DNA of 64,000 bases from a virus, in the IMG/VR virus record IMGVR_UViG_3300031774_000001; one strand, 5' to 3'. Positions 37,601 through 47,924 of this stretch are shown here, piece by piece. Positions within the stretch are counted from its first letter, which is position 1. Each line of letters opens with the position of its first letter. The position numbers and the translations under genes are program-made. A model generated the notes under the pieces. The model saw only the letters and a list, made by a program, of their open reading frames with translations, was not told where the DNA came from and made no database searches.

Positions 37601-40600
37601 GACCTAGAGTAGATGACGCTTCAACAATAGATAGTGGCGCTCAAGACCGTTCTTATGATGGTACAGGTGCTTCTACAGTTGATATAATTAAATTTGGAAC
37701 AGATATTACTTCTGACTTTGAATATTACTTACCAAGAATAGATAAAATCTTTTTAGATAAAGAAGGAAACTTTAAAGTAGCTAAAGGCGCAAGTGCTTTA
37801 GTTCCACAAGTTCCAAAAACTTTAGATGGTGCAATGTTATTATATACTTTAGAAATACCTTCTTATGTTTTATCTTTAGACGATATTAAAATTACAAAAA
37901 CTGATAACAAAAGATATACAATGAGAGATATTGGTAATTTAGAAAATAGAATTGAGAGTATGGAATATTATACTCAATTATCATTGTTAGAAACACAAGC
38001 ACAAAATTTACAAATACAAGACGCAAATGGTTTTGATAGATTTAAAAACGGAATTATAGTAGACAACTTTAGTGGTCATAATATAGGTGATGTAGGAAAT
38101 GTAGATTACAAATCATCTATTGATATGGCGCAAGGTCAATTAAGACCTATGTTTAATGAGGACGCAGTTAAATTAATAGAGTCAGATGATGATGGTACTG
38201 TTATTCAAGCGTCTGATAGAACAGATGGTAGTTATCAAAAAACTGGTGATTGTTTAACATTACCTTATACTGAAACTGCTTTAATAACACAACCTTTCGC
38301 AAGTAAAACTGTCAATGTAAATCCATTTGATGTATTTACTTGGGCAGGTACAATAGAATTAACTCCACCTTCAGACGAGTGGAAAGAAACTGAACGAAGA
38401 CCAGAGTTAGTTATCAATAACGTGGGAGGTTTTGATACTTTAGTTTCTGGAATTCCAAATAATGATTTAGAAGGTGTTGAAATAGGAACAATATGGAATG
38501 ATTGGCAAGATTTTTGGTCAGGTTCAACTAGAGATGTTTCAAGTAGACAAGTTGGTGGTGGAAGAAGTGGAAGAAGAGTATTTGCTGTTGATGAAATAGA
38601 AACTGCTCAAACAGTAAGACAAACAAGAACAGGATTAAGACAAAGATTAGTTCCTCAAGTAGTAAGAAATTCAATAGGTGACAGAATTGTTAATGTTGCT
38701 TTTGTTCCATTTGTTAGAAGTAGAACAATATCTTTTGTTGGAACAAGAATGAAACCAAATACAAGAGTTTATCCTTACTTTGATAATATTGGAGTAGCAA
38801 CTTATTGTACACCAAATGGTGGTTCATTAGGAGGCAATGTTGTAACAGACGCCAACGGTGCGTGTTCAGGTACTTTTGCAATTCCTGATCCAACTAATAA
38901 TGCAAATCCAAGATGGCGTACAGGTCAAAGAGTATTCAGATTAACAAGTTCACCTACAAATGATACAAGTTCAGATGTAGAAACTTCAGCAGAAGCAGAT
39001 TATGTCGCAAGAGGAATTTTAGAAACTGTACAGAATACAGTTCTCTCAACAAGAGAACCTAGACTTGTTAGACAAGCTACAACTGAAAACAGAAGTATTA
39101 CAAGAGCTTCAACAAGACGAAGTGAAAGAACGGTTGGTTGGGTTGACCCATTAGCACAAACATTTATGATTGATGATGTTGGTGGTGTATTCTTAACTTC
39201 TGTTGATTTATTTTTTAGTACTAAAGATAATAATATTCCAATTACAGTTCAAATAAGAGAAGTTGTAAATGGATATCCAGGATCAGTAATTGTACCATTT
39301 AGTGAAGTAAGTTTAAATCCAAGTTCAGTAAATATAAGTACTGATGGAACAACATCAACTAAATTTAATTTTTCAGGTCCTGTGTACTTACAAGAAAATG
39401 TTGAGTATTGTTTTGTTGTACTTGCAAACTCAAATGAGTATAATGCTTATGTTGGAAGATTAGGCGAAACAGTAATAGGTTCTGATAGAACAATATCACA
39501 ACAACCATATGCTGGTGTTATGTTTAAATCTCAAAACGGTTCAACTTGGACTGCTGAACAAAACGAAGATATTAAATTTACATTAAATAGAGCAGAATTT
39601 TCAAATGCAATTGGTAGAGTTACCCTTTGCAATGAATCATTACCAGCAAGAAAACTTAAAAACAATCCTATTAGAACAACGCAAGGTTCAGATGTAGTTA
39701 GAGTTTATCATCCAAATCACGGAATGCATAGTACATCAAACAATGTAACTATATCAGGAGTTCCTTCAGGAACATACAACGGATTGGCACATAGTTCTAT
39801 TAACGGAACATATACGACAATATCAAACATAACTTTAGATAGTTATGATATACAAATACCAGGTTCTACAAACGCAAATACTTCAGGAGATATTGGAAGT
39901 AATGCTGTTTATGCAACACAAAATAGATTGTATGATGTTATGAATTTAAATTTATCAACAATGAGTGTACCAGGTACAGCTATATCTTATAAATTAAGAC
40001 CTACTACTGGTCAATCAATACACGGTTCAGAATCAGAATTTAGTACAGTATCAGTTGCAAACTCTGGTTCAGTAATTGCAAATGATAATATCTATTGTAC
40101 TTCACCTAAAATGGTTGCAAGTCAAATAAATGAAACAAATGAAATGAACGGTTTAAAATCATTGTATGTAAATGTAGAAATGTCAACTACAAATACTAAA
40201 CTATCACCACTTATAGATTTACAAAGATGTAGTGCATACACAATACAAAACAGATTAAATAGTCCAACAACTGGTAATACACCAGACTTTGTTGCTGATA
40301 CTGCTCCAACTGGAAGTTCATCAGCAGCTGTGTACTTAACTAGACCAATAGTTTTAGAAAATAATTCTACTTCTCTTGATATAAGACTATCAGCAAATGT
40401 TCGTTCAAGTTCACAAATTAGACTTTTCTATAGAACATCTGGAGGTGCAGAAACTAGAAAAATTGAAGATATAAATTGGTTGCCATTTAATTTAGATGGT
40501 AGCGAAGATATTACAATAGCTCCTGCAGAAGACGATTTAACATTTAGAGAATACAAATATTCAGCAAGTGGATTAAATGATTTCACTTCATTTCAAATTA

Positions 40601-40677
40601 AAATTGTAATGAAAGGAACGATATCATCTTATCCGCCAATCTGTAAAGATATGAGAGGTATTGCATTGGCAATATAA
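34621..40677 (+). CDS. large virion structural protein (VrlC/DUF4815-like)
   Basis: SPYYDDF...K.F.RVLF.P...VQARELTQ, APGAHR, ARRTYDESGDY, RYTMRDIG.LE.RI, DPLAQTF. Confidence 0.88.
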   Translation: MPSPTDFNLSPYYDDFNESKKFHRVLFRPAFAVQARELTQAQTQIQNQVERVSDHLFEKGAMVIPGEIGYDLNYHSVKLSAKSNATLSDYNGLEITGATSGIVAKVVGVAVADGTDPDTLFVKYTKTGTDNTATQFTATETLDCTINSLAATATVDSVHTGCAAEVQKGVYYINGYHVEVSQQTVILDKYTNTPSYRVGLLVTESFVTPNEDASLNDNAQGSSNQNAPGAHRFKILLTLTKLSLASTADANFVELLRLKKGIIQNQVRTTEYAVIEDTFARRTYDESGDYALRDFDLDLREHLLSGDNRGIYASVDGGNADKIAAGMGPGKAYVRGYELETIGTTFIDIDKTRDFETENNFKTRFNLGNYFNVNNVYGSPDVGFVSGDSESFKNVTLFDTATAARGTPNVGADSSINSIGRAKSRGMEYSSGTATNNVFSRNTLTSAVYKHYLFDIEMFTHLNILEATSFTTGEKITGSTSGATATLQGISTAETVTINNITQANPGEVQIASTHELQDGQQITIAGVTGLAIDSVVTAGGTFTVRDRDSANWKLYQADGTTPANVTTPGSGGTATHGVVVLSNVQGDFVAGETITGGTSGNTATVQANTIGRKGVRNFGPSDVKQIAMAGSPTYTSDVKTTDVTLTGTVSNTSGQYSFTGFGTRFTDELKIGDKITVTTDNNLQETKIVSYIVSDTLMFTTDASGASMTKSSITRGRGTINDANKNISIFEMPNETVKTLKTQVNSGITDTNFKIRRAFTSTLGSNGDATITAGTNETFSGLVEKDFTVSIMTMGAGAGGEVGAVLSLTGTNHLAGDIFTLGGSPTGKTLTLNFGTDYAGHKVKILATVNRGVAGSKSKTLNSSQTVQISTQAIIESGICGLGRADVYAVASVHMAADFTTNATTSDTDITNRFNVDSGQRDNFYDIGRIKLKNGALTPTGRLLVTFSYFSHGSGDYFDVDSYSGVVDYADIPSYSSDTTGKKFELRDCLDFRPRVDDASTIDSGAQDRSYDGTGASTVDIIKFGTDITSDFEYYLPRIDKIFLDKEGNFKVAKGASALVPQVPKTLDGAMLLYTLEIPSYVLSLDDIKITKTDNKRYTMRDIGNLENRIESMEYYTQLSLLETQAQNLQIQDANGFDRFKNGIIVDNFSGHNIGDVGNVDYKSSIDMAQGQLRPMFNEDAVKLIESDDDGTVIQASDRTDGSYQKTGDCLTLPYTETALITQPFASKTVNVNPFDVFTWAGTIELTPPSDEWKETERRPELVINNVGGFDTLVSGIPNNDLEGVEIGTIWNDWQDFWSGSTRDVSSRQVGGGRSGRRVFAVDEIETAQTVRQTRTGLRQRLVPQVVRNSIGDRIVNVAFVPFVRSRTISFVGTRMKPNTRVYPYFDNIGVATYCTPNGGSLGGNVVTDANGACSGTFAIPDPTNNANPRWRTGQRVFRLTSSPTNDTSSDVETSAEADYVARGILETVQNTVLSTREPRLVRQATTENRSITRASTRRSERTVGWVDPLAQTFMIDDVGGVFLTSVDLFFSTKDNNIPITVQIREVVNGYPGSVIVPFSEVSLNPSSVNISTDGTTSTKFNFSGPVYLQENVEYCFVVLANSNEYNAYVGRLGETVIGSDRTISQQPYAGVMFKSQNGSTWTAEQNEDIKFTLNRAEFSNAIGRVTLCNESLPARKLKNNPIRTTQGSDVVRVYHPNHGMHSTSNNVTISGVPSGTYNGLAHSSINGTYTTISNITLDSYDIQIPGSTNANTSGDIGSNAVYATQNRLYDVMNLNLSTMSVPGTAISYKLRPTTGQSIHGSESEFSTVSVANSGSVIANDNIYCTSPKMVASQINETNEMNGLKSLYVNVEMSTTNTKLSPLIDLQRCSAYTIQNRLNSPTTGNTPDFVADTAPTGSSSAAVYLTRPIVLENNSTSLDIRLSANVRSSSQIRLFYRTSGGAETRKIEDINWLPFNLDGSEDITIAPAEDDLTFREYKYSASGLNDFTSFQIKIVMKGTISSYPPICKDMRGIALAI

Positions 40678-40681
40678 GAAA

Positions 40682-40903
40682 ATGGCAAACGGAATATTGA
40701 AAGTTGAAGGACATACAGATTTAGTTAGAGATATAGAAACAAATGCTATAGTTAGAACAAGTAATGAATATGCTGTCTATATGAGAAGAACAAAACAAAG
40801 AGAAGAGAACGCAGACAAATTGAGAGGTGTGTGTTCCGAGATAAATAATTTGAAAAAAGAATTAAGAGAAATAAAAGATTTAATTAAGAAGGTTGTAAAA
40901 TAA
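40682..40903 (+). CDS. small coiled-coil protein commonly following VrlC-like genes
   Basis: KVEGH.DLVRD..TNAIV...EINNLK.EL.EIK.L; start reassigned. Confidence 0.75.
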   Translation: MANGILKVEGHTDLVRDIETNAIVRTSNEYAVYMRRTKQREENADKLRGVCSEINNLKKELREIKDLIKKVVK

Positions 40904-40904
40904 A

Positions 40905-41816
40905 ATGGCTATAAGACAAATATTACCAAATCAAACGCTAGAAGATTTAAGACTTCAGTTTAATGCTTTAGCGTCTAGTGATTTTGGAGATATAGGAACA
41001 TTAGACTCTTCACTATCAGCAACAACTGTTATAGGTGCTGTAAATGAATTGTCTGCTCAAGTAGGTGCCGCTGAGGGTTGGAAGATGGAAGATTCTTCTT
41101 CAACTATACAGCAAATTGGTGCAGGTCAAACAGCTAGATTTTTCGGTTCATCAAATCAAATAAATGCTATTGTATCTGTTCCAGATACGTTAACACTTTC
41201 ACTAACAGATAGTGTAACTCTTGTAACTTCTTTAACAGCTCCAACTGTTAATGCAGGTACATTATCTATATCAAGTGGTTATATTACAGACTCAAGTGGT
41301 ACTATAAGCTTTGATAACGAAAATATAACAACAAATAATGAAGTGTCTGGTGGTACAGGTACTTTTGGAACAGTTGCAGGTACAGGATCAAATCATACAT
41401 TAGGAACAATTCAAATTTCTGGTAATAATATTTCATCTACAGATTCAACAGAAATTAATATTGCAGACGGATTACAAGTTAGTGGACCTTTAAAAGCCGG
41501 TTCAACTACAATTAATCCTGCAGGTTCTAACAACATAGAATCATCAACAGGATTTACAGTATTCGGATCAAAACCATATATTAAATCAAATCAAATATTA
41601 TTTTCTGGAATAACTACAGGTAATAGTATTAACACAACGTTTGAAATAACTGACCCAACATCAAATAGAACAATGACTTTTCCAGACGCAACAGGAACAG
41701 TAGTATTAACAGATTCGGGAGTTGCAACTGGAAGTATTTTTACTGCTTCAGTATCTTTAGTAATATACAATTCAGCAGGGGTAGCGCAAAAGACGATTGT
41801 TGGTAGTGCTACATAG
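40905..41816 (+). CDS. fibre-like structural protein
   Basis: TLEDLR..FN, V.GAVNEL, DPTSNRTMTFPDATGTV. Confidence 0.7.
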   Translation: MAIRQILPNQTLEDLRLQFNALASSDFGDIGTLDSSLSATTVIGAVNELSAQVGAAEGWKMEDSSSTIQQIGAGQTARFFGSSNQINAIVSVPDTLTLSLTDSVTLVTSLTAPTVNAGTLSISSGYITDSSGTISFDNENITTNNEVSGGTGTFGTVAGTGSNHTLGTIQISGNNISSTDSTEINIADGLQVSGPLKAGSTTINPAGSNNIESSTGFTVFGSKPYIKSNQILFSGITTGNSINTTFEITDPTSNRTMTFPDATGTVVLTDSGVATGSIFTASVSLVIYNSAGVAQKTIVGSAT

Positions 41817-41827
41817 GAGATTAAATT

Positions 41828-42757
41828 ATGGCTATACGAGCTCCTTTATATTATAGCGCAGGCAATTTGAAAGAAATGACTTCTACGGAAGTTGATGAAA
41901 TAATTTCACAAACAATCTATCAATATTCATTAGCGCCTTCAGTTGCATTATCAGTAATAAGTTCTGGTGGTAATGTAGGATCAATAACAGATACAAGACA
42001 ACAAGCGGGTACTCATTCAACAGACGCTTCATCTTTTCCTAGTGAGGCAACAACAGCAGAACCTACAACTGTAACTGTTACCTACGATAAAATACAATCA
42101 ACAGCATCCTCTGGTTCAGCACCAACTGATTCAGGAAAAACTTGGCCTTGTTATAGAACAGCAACTAATAATATTCAAGCAATGTCATTACAAGATGTTA
42201 AAGATACTTTTCTTCATCCTGCAATAGATAAATTAGTGGCGGCGACTTTAACAACTGAACAAGGTGGAACATATCATATTAATACAGCAACTAGTGTTGC
42301 AGGTTCTACTTTAGTTAACGCAACACCAGTTTTTGTAAATACTCAAGCAGATACAGGCGCTTATTCATCAGGAACAATTGGTGACCACGCATTAGATAAT
42401 CCTACAACAATTCAAAATTATTATTTACATAAAATAGATGGTAATAATCAATCTACAAAAGCACCACTTTATGTTACCGCTGGAAATGATTTAAGAGAGT
42501 ATGTAACAGCAGATTGGAATACTTTAATAGGTAATGCTCTTAAATATACAGCAGCTGCTTCAGTAGATGGATTTAAAATAACTTACAGTCATACTACAGG
42601 AACAAATAGAGGTTCTGGTATGGCAGATACAATATTAAATGGTTCTGGAAATTATCAAACAAGATTTGTTAATGCTAATGACTATAGAGCACAAGAATTT
42701 CCAAACGGTTCAGCGACAACATCAAATACTTGGTATTTGAAAATAAGTAAGAGTTAA
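41828..42757 (+). CDS. virion structural protein
   Basis: Thr/Ser-rich; PLYY..GNLKEMT repeated internally; YRAQEFPNG. Confidence 0.65.
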   Translation: MAIRAPLYYSAGNLKEMTSTEVDEIISQTIYQYSLAPSVALSVISSGGNVGSITDTRQQAGTHSTDASSFPSEATTAEPTTVTVTYDKIQSTASSGSAPTDSGKTWPCYRTATNNIQAMSLQDVKDTFLHPAIDKLVAATLTTEQGGTYHINTATSVAGSTLVNATPVFVNTQADTGAYSSGTIGDHALDNPTTIQNYYLHKIDGNNQSTKAPLYVTAGNDLREYVTADWNTLIGNALKYTAAASVDGFKITYSHTTGTNRGSGMADTILNGSGNYQTRFVNANDYRAQEFPNGSATTSNTWYLKISKS

Positions 42758-42773
42758 ACAATGAGAATTTATT

Positions 42774-43520
42774 ATGAAAATATTATTAACTGGTTCTGAT
42801 GGATTTATAGGAAAAAATCTAAAGGCATATTTAGAAGTAAGAAATCATACTATTATTGAGATAGACCGTAATAGTGGTAATGATTTACTAACCTGTGATT
42901 TAAAATATGATGTAGATTGGGTAATACATTTAGCAGGACTATCTGGTGTTAGAGATAGTTTAAAAAATCCTACCGAGTATTGGACACAAAACGTTATCGC
43001 AAGTCAAAGAGTATTTGACCATTTCAAAGACACAAAAATTTTATACGCAAGTTCAAGTACTGCATACGAACCTTGGAGAAATCCATATGCAATGAGTAAG
43101 TATTCTATGGAACAAATTGCACCTAAAAAATCTGTTGGTATGAGATTTACTACAGTCTACGGACCAGGTGCTAGAGAAGGTATGTTGATACCTAGAATAT
43201 TAAGAAATGATGTACCATATGTTAATACAAATCATTGGAGAGATTTTATTCACGTAGATGATATATCTTCAGCAATAAACACTTTAATATCTTCAACTGA
43301 AACTGTAATACCATTTGGAGATGTTATAGATATTGGTACTGGAGAAATACATAAACTAACAGACATACTACAATACTTTAAGATTGATAGTGAAGAAAGA
43401 TTAGCAAATGAATTGGAAAGAATATTGAATAAAGCAGATGTATCATTTTTAAATTCTTTAGGTTGGAAACCTGAAGTAAATTTAAGAACATATATTACAA
43501 AAAATAGGATAACAAATTAA
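42774..43520 (+). CDS. NAD-dependent nucleotide-sugar epimerase/dehydratase
   Basis: TGSDGFIG, IHLAG, YASSS, YAMSK, RFTTVYGP, RDFIHVDD. Confidence 0.93.
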   Translation: MKILLTGSDGFIGKNLKAYLEVRNHTIIEIDRNSGNDLLTCDLKYDVDWVIHLAGLSGVRDSLKNPTEYWTQNVIASQRVFDHFKDTKILYASSSTAYEPWRNPYAMSKYSMEQIAPKKSVGMRFTTVYGPGAREGMLIPRILRNDVPYVNTNHWRDFIHVDDISSAINTLISSTETVIPFGDVIDIGTGEIHKLTDILQYFKIDSEERLANELERILNKADVSFLNSLGWKPEVNLRTYITKNRITN

Positions 43521-44005
43521 TGGCGATTTTTAGTGGAAAAATAACTGAAGCAACTTATACAAATGAAAAAAAAGATACAATTGAAATTTTATATAAAGAA
43601 GAGAATAAAATAATTCCATATTATATAGAAGTTAATCATCAGCATCCAGATTTTCAAGATTTAATAAAAGAGTATTCTTTAGATAAAATACAAAATACTA
43701 CATCTAATAAAATTAAAATATATAATGACAATCTTAAAGAAGCTAATAAAATAGATTTGAAAAAATTAACAGATGAATTAGAATATAAAGCAAATAACTT
43801 TACTAATTGGTATGACTTTATGTTTCATTTTGATGAAAAAAATGCTACTCATATGAATTTTTTATTTGAATTAAAATTAAAAATGTTTGATGAAAAAAAG
43901 GTGAAAGTAATGTCCGAAGATAAGAAAAATCTTATTAGAGATTCTTTAAATCCTTTGGAGATTATAAAAATTGTTAATAAAAAAAATAAGATTAAAAATG
44001 ATTAA
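43520..44005 (+). CDS. hypothetical protein
   Basis: TAATG-coupled ORF. Confidence 0.7.
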   Translation: MAIFSGKITEATYTNEKKDTIEILYKEENKIIPYYIEVNHQHPDFQDLIKEYSLDKIQNTTSNKIKIYNDNLKEANKIDLKKLTDELEYKANNFTNWYDFMFHFDEKNATHMNFLFELKLKMFDEKKVKVMSEDKKNLIRDSLNPLEIIKIVNKKNKIKND

Positions 44006-44729
44006 TATAATATGTGTAAGGTGGGGAGATAAGTATATTGAATATACTGAAAAGTTAAAACAACAAGTTGAAAAAAAATGTTCAGTTCCTTTTAAATTTT
44101 ATTGTTTAACTGATAAACCAAAAAAAGATTATGAAATACAATTACCAACTCATTGGGATTCGTATTATATAAAAGATAGATTTTGGGCATATAGAAAACT
44201 TTACATCTTTAATGAAGATTTATTTCCTACTATAAAGGGTGATGATTTTCTTTACCTAGACCTAGATGTTCTCATACATCAAGATTTAAAATATTTCTTT
44301 GATTTAGAAATGAGTAGACCTTATATTGTAAGAGGTTGGTGGAATGATATTAATATGTGTAAAAAGAATTTTGGTAAGATAATTTCAACACCTTTAAACT
44401 CTTCTGTTATTAGATGGACTAGAGGACAATTAAAACCTGTTTATAATTATGTTGAAAAAAATAAAGATTTAGTTTTCTTTACATATAAAACAATAGATAA
44501 TTTTTATAATCATAAGTTTTATAATATTCATAATGAAGATGAAGGATTTTTTAAACCTTTTCCTAAAAATGATATATATTCTTGGTATAAAGGAAATGTA
44601 TTTCCAGATGATATGGGAGAAAAAATATTGCGACCTGATTGTAAAATATGTTTATTTAATAATAGTTATGTGTGGAAAGATAAAGCAGAACATATGAAAC
44701 AAATTGAGGAGATAAAAAGATTATGGTAG
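43998..44729 (+). CDS. GT-A fold glycosyltransferase-like protein
   Basis: IICVRWGDKY, FYCLTD, YLDLDV (DxD), NSSVI.W; start reassigned. Confidence 0.8.
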   Translation: MINIICVRWGDKYIEYTEKLKQQVEKKCSVPFKFYCLTDKPKKDYEIQLPTHWDSYYIKDRFWAYRKLYIFNEDLFPTIKGDDFLYLDLDVLIHQDLKYFFDLEMSRPYIVRGWWNDINMCKKNFGKIISTPLNSSVIRWTRGQLKPVYNYVEKNKDLVFFTYKTIDNFYNHKFYNIHNEDEGFFKPFPKNDIYSWYKGNVFPDDMGEKILRPDCKICLFNNSYVWKDKAEHMKQIEEIKRLW

Positions 44730-45394
44730 AATATATTAAATATACTCCTAAATTATCAAACAATTGGTCAAAGGCTTGGTCTGAAACACAAAAACAAAGA
44801 CCTTGGCAATCAAGAAGATTATTAGATTCATCAACTACTTCACAACTACAAGGTAAGTTATGGTTAGTAAATGAATTACAAAAACTTGATTTAAAATTTT
44901 CAAAAGTTTGTTTAGTTGGTGGATGGTTTGCTCAATTTATAACACCTTTAATGATTGATAATTTTAATGTTGAGTTTATTCACAATTGGGAGATTGATGA
45001 AGACGCTCAAAAAATTAGTTATAAGTTTAATAGAAGATATAAAGAAGATAATAGATATAGAGCATATTGTTCCAATCTTTTTGAATATCATTGGAGTGAT
45101 GAAGTTAAAAAGTATTATAATTATTGGAATAAATTTAGAAATGCAAATTATGATTTAGTTATTAATACATCTTGCGAACATATGTATCCTATGAAAAAAT
45201 TAAGAGAGTATAATCCTGATTTAAAATCTTGGTTTGTTTTACAGTCAACAAACGAAACAAAATTTAAAGACCATATTAATTGTGTTAATAGTACAAAAGA
45301 ATTAGCAGAGCAAGGTGGATTAAAACAAATATTATATGAAGGACAACTAACTTTAGATAATGGTATGACTAGATTTATGGTAATTGGAATATAA
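44723..45394 (+). CDS. class I SAM-dependent methyltransferase-like protein
   Basis: K.WL, LVGGWF, EID, DLVINTSCEHM, VLQS, H.NCV, RFMVIG. Confidence 0.75.
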   Translation: MVEYIKYTPKLSNNWSKAWSETQKQRPWQSRRLLDSSTTSQLQGKLWLVNELQKLDLKFSKVCLVGGWFAQFITPLMIDNFNVEFIHNWEIDEDAQKISYKFNRRYKEDNRYRAYCSNLFEYHWSDEVKKYYNYWNKFRNANYDLVINTSCEHMYPMKKLREYNPDLKSWFVLQSTNETKFKDHINCVNSTKELAEQGGLKQILYEGQLTLDNGMTRFMVIGI

Positions 45395-46476
45395 TGTATA
45401 ATGAAAAAAAACCATTAAGAGTACACGTAGAATTATCTAATAAGTGTAATGCAATGTGTCCACAATGTGGAAGAAATTACATTGATAAAGATGGTGTTTT
45501 AAAAGTTAAACCTACTATGCAAACAGGTGAATTAGTTTTAGAAGATTATAAAAAAATCTTTGATGATAAGTTTTATAATACCTTTGATTTAAAAAAAATT
45601 AATTATTGTGGCAATAGGTCAGACCCTATAGCGTCAAAAGATTTACACGAAATTGTAGAATATTCTTATAGTAGAAATAGTAAAACTAAAATTGTTATTG
45701 CAACAAACGGTGGATTAAAAACAACTGAATGGTGGAGTAAATTTGGCAAATTGATGTCAGATAAACAACATCACGTAGTTTTTGGTTTAGATGGATTAGA
45801 AGATACACACCACATATACAGACAAAGAACAAATTTTAATAAAGTAATATCAAATGCAAAAACATTTATACAAAATGGTGGTAAAGCAGAATGGCAAATG
45901 TTAATATATGAACATAATCAACATCAAATAGATGACGCAAAACAAATGGCAAAAGAAATAGGTTTTGCTAGTTTTAAAGAAGTTTATACTCCAAGATTTT
46001 GGTCTAAAGAAGGTCAACGATTAGAATTTAAAGTTGGTGATAAAGATTATCTATTAGAACCAGCTACAATAGAAAAAAATAAAATAGATAATAAGAAACT
46101 AGGAGAACATTTTGACCCAAAGAATCCTGATAGAGATAAAGAGGCAGGTTATATTGAGTGTAAAGCATTAAAAATTAATGAGTTTTTTTTAGATTTTGAT
46201 GGTAATGTATTGCCTTGTTGTTGGTTGGGTAATAGTTTAAATAGAAAAAATGAAACTTGGTTAAAAGATACTTTGAGATATGCAGATAATATGATGAATT
46301 TTTATGAGCCAAAGGTTATGAATGCTATTGATAATGATTTAACAGAAATACTTTTAGAGTCTATATGGATGAAACAATTACAAAAATCTTGGGATATAGC
46401 ACCTTGTAAGACCTGTGCTAGGTTCTGTAGTAAAAGGATAAATATTAAGAAACAAGTTAATAGGGAAATGTTATGA
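45394..46476 (+). CDS. radical SAM enzyme with SPASM/twitch domain
   Basis: CNAMCPQC; G..SDP; TNGG; F.LDGL; C...G.V.PCCW; C..C...C. Confidence 0.93.
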   Translation: MYNEKKPLRVHVELSNKCNAMCPQCGRNYIDKDGVLKVKPTMQTGELVLEDYKKIFDDKFYNTFDLKKINYCGNRSDPIASKDLHEIVEYSYSRNSKTKIVIATNGGLKTTEWWSKFGKLMSDKQHHVVFGLDGLEDTHHIYRQRTNFNKVISNAKTFIQNGGKAEWQMLIYEHNQHQIDDAKQMAKEIGFASFKEVYTPRFWSKEGQRLEFKVGDKDYLLEPATIEKNKIDNKKLGEHFDPKNPDRDKEAGYIECKALKINEFFLDFDGNVLPCCWLGNSLNRKNETWLKDTLRYADNMMNFYEPKVMNAIDNDLTEILLESIWMKQLQKSWDIAPCKTCARFCSKRINIKKQVNREML

Positions 46477-47213
46477 GTTTAATAGACGCAATGAAATTTA
46501 GAGAGAATATTCGTTTTTTTAAACAAGACGAATATCCAACAGAAGTAGAAATTAAAGCTTTAATTAGGGATGCTCACGAATTAGTTCCTCAAAAGAATAA
46601 TATTGTTGAGTGTAATATAGATGTATATGGACCTAAATGGGCAAAGGAAAAAGAAAAATTAGTTTTAAGCACAATGTGTGGAGTGTCTAAAGAACATTGG
46701 CGTAAAGGTGGTAAGCACGAAGGTGATTATGATTTATTAAAAAAAATTTACGATAGATGGAGAAAAAAACAAGAGCGTCCTAGAGTTCATAGATATGATC
46801 CAGATAATAATTTACCATATCCTGATATGCAATTTAATGAACAAGTTAGAGCGCCTTACTTACTAGTTTATACTCAAAGATTAAGACGACCATCCGAAGA
46901 GCAATTAAAAAGAGGATTTCCAGAATTCGTTTATAAGTTTACTAAATCGGATGATGAAAGTTTGAATTGGTATATATCGGCTGGTATGCACGGAATTAGT
47001 CTTAATTATTTGGCTGCTGATAGGGGTATATATGGTTCTTTTTGTAAATGTTTTCATTGGGATAAAAATAATGATACAGAAATATTAAAACCCGCTGAAA
47101 GAAAACCTAAAGATATTGCTTTTATGATTGGTTTAGGATATAGAGATGAAACTGGTTACTATCCTAAAGAAACAAATTATTCAACATCAAGTGAGTATGT
47201 GAAATGGAAATAA
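46473..47213 (+). CDS. nitroreductase-fold flavoprotein
   Basis: R.NIR.F, P.KNN, Q.RAPYLLV, GM....L.Y.A.D.G..GSFCKC, IGLGY. Confidence 0.7.
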   Translation: MSLIDAMKFRENIRFFKQDEYPTEVEIKALIRDAHELVPQKNNIVECNIDVYGPKWAKEKEKLVLSTMCGVSKEHWRKGGKHEGDYDLLKKIYDRWRKKQERPRVHRYDPDNNLPYPDMQFNEQVRAPYLLVYTQRLRRPSEEQLKRGFPEFVYKFTKSDDESLNWYISAGMHGISLNYLAADRGIYGSFCKCFHWDKNNDTEILKPAERKPKDIAFMIGLGYRDETGYYPKETNYSTSSEYVKWK

Positions 47214-47216
47214 ATT

Positions 47217-47924
47217 ATGAAAATAGTTGCTATTAGAATTGGTGATAAGTACGGTCCCGAATACGAAACATATCTACAAAACAAATTACCACAACACGAA
47301 TTTATTTGGGTAAGAGAACCTTACGATAAAAGAGTTGCTTTACAATGGAATAAAATGTGGGCAATGCAAATGGATATTGATGAACCTATTTGTGTTATTG
47401 ACATTGACATATTACTTGTAAATGATTATAATAAACTATTTGATTATCCTGTTAAGAAAGGACAATTTTTAGCAATACCAGGTTGGTGGAGAGATAGTAC
47501 AAAAAATAGTTATAAAATAAATGGTGGATTCTTTAAGTATTATCCAAAAGAGTGTAAGTACATTTATGATAAGTTTATGAAAGATATAGAATACTGGCAA
47601 CAATATTATATCAAAAATGGGACAACAGCAGGGCCTGTAAATGGTGAACAATATTTTGTAGAAGATAGTGCTAATGAAAGATTAGAAGTTATTACAACAC
47701 CTAATAGTTGGTGTACTCGTTGGACATCAAATGAAGATGTAATTTATGGAAAAGATATGACAGAATGGCAAGTAAAAATTTCTCATAAGTATAGAGACCT
47801 AACAGGCAACCCATATATTTACCTAGACAAATTTCATCCAGATATTAAGTTAGTACACTTTACACACTCAATTAATAAACCTACAGAATGGAAAGATTAT
47901 AATGTGGTTGCTACTTCAAAATAG
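47217..47924 (+). CDS. GT-A fold glycosyltransferase-like protein
   Basis: RIGDKYGPEY, WNKM, IDID, NGGF, GEQ, LVHFT. Confidence 0.78.
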   Translation: MKIVAIRIGDKYGPEYETYLQNKLPQHEFIWVREPYDKRVALQWNKMWAMQMDIDEPICVIDIDILLVNDYNKLFDYPVKKGQFLAIPGWWRDSTKNSYKINGGFFKYYPKECKYIYDKFMKDIEYWQQYYIKNGTTAGPVNGEQYFVEDSANERLEVITTPNSWCTRWTSNEDVIYGKDMTEWQVKISHKYRDLTGNPYIYLDKFHPDIKLVHFTHSINKPTEWKDYNVVATSK

